From an uncultured Gemmatimonadaceae bacterium (GTDB lineage: Bacteria > Gemmatimonadota > Gemmatimonadetes > Longimicrobiales > Gaopeijiaceae): a DNA stretch of 64,000 nucleotides. The stretch spans positions 23,813 to 87,812 of the forward strand of contig CAZZEL010000001.1 of assembly GCA_964652625.1 (NCBI GenBank), read 5' to 3'. The translations under genes and the position numbers were made by a program. The notes under the pieces were generated by a model. The model ran no database searches, was not told the DNA's origin, and was given only the letters and a program-made list of their open reading frames with translations. Below, in pieces: positions 62,418 through 64,000 of the stretch (position 1 is its first letter; the number at the start of each line of letters is the position of its first letter).

Positions 62418-63265
62418 CTCCCTTCCTCCCCGCCGCTCGGATCCCTCATCCCCAGCTCTTCGCCATTGGCCTCCTCCTCCTGAGCGGAGGTTCCGCAGAG
62501 GCTCAGGTGATCCGGGGTCTCCTCCTGGACGACTCCACGAACGTGCCCGTCGCCGGAGCCACGGTCGTGCTCCTTGACGAGGGGGGCGCCGTTCGGGGGC
62601 GGAGCCTCACCGACTCCGCCGGGGTCTTCGTTCTCGGGGCCGAGCTCGGCATCCACCGCCTCCGTGCCGAAAGGCTCGGGTACGGAACCAAGCTCTCGCC
62701 TGCCTTCCAGGTATCCGTTCCCGACACCCTCCGCGTGACCTTCAGGATCGGCGGAGAAGCCGTACGTCTCCCACCCCTCGTGGTCACCGCCACCCGACGC
62801 CCGGGTCGGGAGCTCTTCTCCGAGCGAATGGCGAGGGGAGAGGGCGTCCACTTAACGCCGGAGATGGTGGACTCACTACGCCCCGAGATGCATGTAGGCG
62901 AGATCTTTCGGCATGCCGACGAGACCTGGGTCCACTGGACCTGGGGCCGCTACGAAGACGGCAGGACGGGGCCCATCCCCAGGGTGAAGACCTACCTGGG
63001 CAAGTATGGCTGCGTGCACTTCATCGTGGATCGAACCCCCGTTCCCGCCCCTTTCTTCGAGAGCTCGGTCTGGGGGGTCCCCCCTCTCGCCGACCTCACC
63101 CCAGAGGATCTGGTGGCCGTGGAAGTGTACCGATCGTGGCACGAGGTCCCGGAGGACTTCCGCAAGCAGCTCCGGATCCGGAACCACTGGGAGCGGAGGG
63201 CCCTGCAGCGGATCGACAGGAAGGCCTGCGGGGTCGCCATCCTCTGGACGGCGGAGGGGTGGTGA
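62414..63265 (+). CDS. CarboxypepD_reg-like domain protein (exported)
   Basis: TTG start 7 nt after AGGAGG, overlapping the upstream stop. Signal peptide ...GGSAEAQ. VIRGLLLDDSTNVPVAGATVVLLDEGGAVRGRSLTDSAGVFVLGAELGIHRLRAERLGYG is a typical carboxypeptidase-regulatory-like beta-sandwich. Confidence 0.7.
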   Translation: MTPFLPAARIPHPQLFAIGLLLLSGGSAEAQVIRGLLLDDSTNVPVAGATVVLLDEGGAVRGRSLTDSAGVFVLGAELGIHRLRAERLGYGTKLSPAFQVSVPDTLRVTFRIGGEAVRLPPLVVTATRRPGRELFSERMARGEGVHLTPEMVDSLRPEMHVGEIFRHADETWVHWTWGRYEDGRTGPIPRVKTYLGKYGCVHFIVDRTPVPAPFFESSVWGVPPLADLTPEDLVAVEVYRSWHEVPEDFRKQLRIRNHWERRALQRIDRKACGVAILWTAEGW

Positions 63266-63315
63266 TACGGACCCCTCGAGCGGGTAGGTGAAAAGAGTCC
63301 ATCGCACTGATCATC

Positions 63316-63822
63316 ATGACACAGCGCCTTCAGGTCCTCCTGGACGAAGGAAAGTTCGACAAGATCCGGCGGGTCGCCCGACGCCACCGGATGACGGTTG
63401 CCGAATGGGTCCGGCAAGCACTCAGGGTCGCTCGGTCAGGCCCCGAGCAGAGCCCGCAAGCGCGGGCAGCCGGAATGGTTTGGATACCGCTCCATCACGG
63501 CCCACAGCTCCTCCTCGGTCGTCAGTCCCCGGTCGAAGGCTCTCCGGAACGCCTCCGCCAGCTCCTCGTCATCGACGCAGGTTGCGAGGTCGAGGAGGGT
63601 TCGGGCAGGCGCGGAAACGGGAATCCCTTCGATTGTGGTGACGTCCTCAGGGAGGATGTCGTCTTAGTGGACTCGAATGCCGAGCGGCGCTGGGGCGTTT
63701 TCGGGTTGGTCGAACCGGATCATGGATCTCTCCGCAGGGTGGGATTCATGGACCACGGGATCAATACGGTTTCGGGTCGGCTGGTCATGGGCGAAACGGA
63801 TGACGGAACGGGCAGCGGGTAA
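63316..63822 (+). CDS. Ribbon-helix-helix (CopG/VapB-like) antitoxin domain at the N-terminus; the rest of the ORF is probably read-through into foreign sequence
   Basis: [42 protein letters not shown] is a complete RHH unit. From about 63436 onward the ORF is antisense to an AbiEi-like fragment and loses all family resemblance. Confidence 0.4.
   Translation: MTQRLQVLLDEGKFDKIRRVARRHRMTVAEWVRQALRVARSGPEQSPQARAAGMVWIPLHHGPQLLLGRQSPVEGSPERLRQLLVIDAGCEVEEGSGRRGNGNPFDCGDVLREDVVLVDSNAERRWGVFGLVEPDHGSLRRVGFMDHGINTVSGRLVMGETDDGTGSG
63367..63403 (+). repeat. Right copy of the 37-nt perfect inverted repeat
   Basis: CGGCGGGTCGCCCGACGCCACCGGATGACGGTTGCCG, identical to the reverse complement of 47003..47039. 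Confidence 0.9.
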
Positions 63823-63867
63823 TCGGCGGGTAATCGGCCGGCCACCCAGCGGGTCTCTTCCCCCCAA
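63436..63867 (-). pseudogene. Fragment of an AbiEi-antitoxin-like / DUF559-type gene interrupted by an in-frame TAA
   Basis: The minus strand reads ...[13 protein letters not shown](63666..63664)[79 protein letters not shown](63438..63436). The IPV[10 protein letters not shown] and RLRALL segments are typical of this family. The N-terminal HTH and the C-terminal DUF559 part are missing. Confidence 0.4.
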
Positions 63868-63940
63868 GGCCGGGGCTCACTCCGGAACGACGTCCGATTC
63901 CACCATGGCTCCACCCAGGGTCCGTGGGGATGTTGTTCGA

Positions 63941-64000
63941 ATGAGCACCTGTGATCCGGACGAGAGGATCCGCGAGATCGCGGCTAGACAGCACGGCGTG
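63941..64000 (+). CDS. 5' end of an AbiEi-like / DUF559-type gene that continues beyond the window
   Basis: ATG at 63941 gives MSTCDPDERIREIAARQHGV. IAARQHGV is the usual N-terminal HTH start of this family. Only 20 codons are visible. Confidence 0.35.
   Translation, partial: MSTCDPDERIREIAARQHGV

Noticed and set aside
63661-63822. [12 protein letters not shown]... on the plus strand, resembling the N-terminus of a PIN-domain (VapC) toxin downstream of the RHH unit
   Set aside because: Only about 55 codons remain before the stop, the further conserved acidic PIN residues are absent, and the stretch is antisense to the AbiEi-like fragment.
1-64000. Search by eye for CRISPR arrays, rRNA/tRNA genes, transposase/integrase genes and known riboswitch cores
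   Set aside because: I found no regularly spaced direct repeats beyond the three units at 61751-61818, no cloverleaf-capable sequence, no DDE or tyrosine-recombinase-like ORF, and no recognisable riboswitch consensus in the longer leaders (4517-4774, 8508-8696, 26257-8574 equivalents). Absence is based on manual inspection only and should be confirmed with Infernal/tRNAscan/ISEScan.

Overview
This is a visibly high-GC, densely coding chromosomal segment with about 50 protein genes on both strands and many 1-4 nt start/stop overlaps. I can see no rRNA, tRNA, CRISPR array or intact transposase/integrase. Gene content from left to right: (1) a partial S9 peptidase, an arsS + AhpD-like pair, a receiver protein, pckA, an MscS-type channel, a CBM9/DUF5916 outer-membrane protein and a DUF1846 protein. 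(2) A CzcCBA-type heavy-metal RND pump and two unknown membrane proteins. (3) An ArsR-headed operon encoding a second tripartite RND pump plus a P-II-like and a DUF2892 protein, then a KamA-family radical SAM enzyme. (4) An island of five exported M14 metallocarboxypeptidase paralogs, interrupted by a GT9 glycosyltransferase / sulfotransferase pair and ending with a second DUF5916 protein and a PPC-domain serine hydrolase. (5) A receiver - PHP - tandem DUF427 - pncA string. (6) A 16-kb signalling-rich block: TPR Ser/Thr kinase, TIGR02999-type ECF sigma, OmpA-like and beta-barrel proteins, a DHp-REC-degenerate-cyclase protein, a TPR protein - hybrid histidine kinase - receiver operon, and a sigma region-4 fragment + CarboxypepD_reg protein. 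This block is bracketed by a perfect 37-nt inverted repeat lying in ribbon-helix-helix antitoxin gene fragments. The right edge holds toxin-antitoxin / AbiEi-like gene fragments. The family mix suggests a Gemmatimonadota-like Gram-negative, but that is only an impression. Long track ORFs that overlap these genes on another strand or frame are R/G/P/H-rich shadow ORFs typical of high-GC DNA and were not called. The best candidates for something undescribed are the M14 peptidase island, the DHp-only / pseudo-cyclase phosphorelay candidate, the ArsR-RND-PII-DUF2892 operon and the inverted-repeat-bracketed signalling block. None of these is proven from sequence alone.
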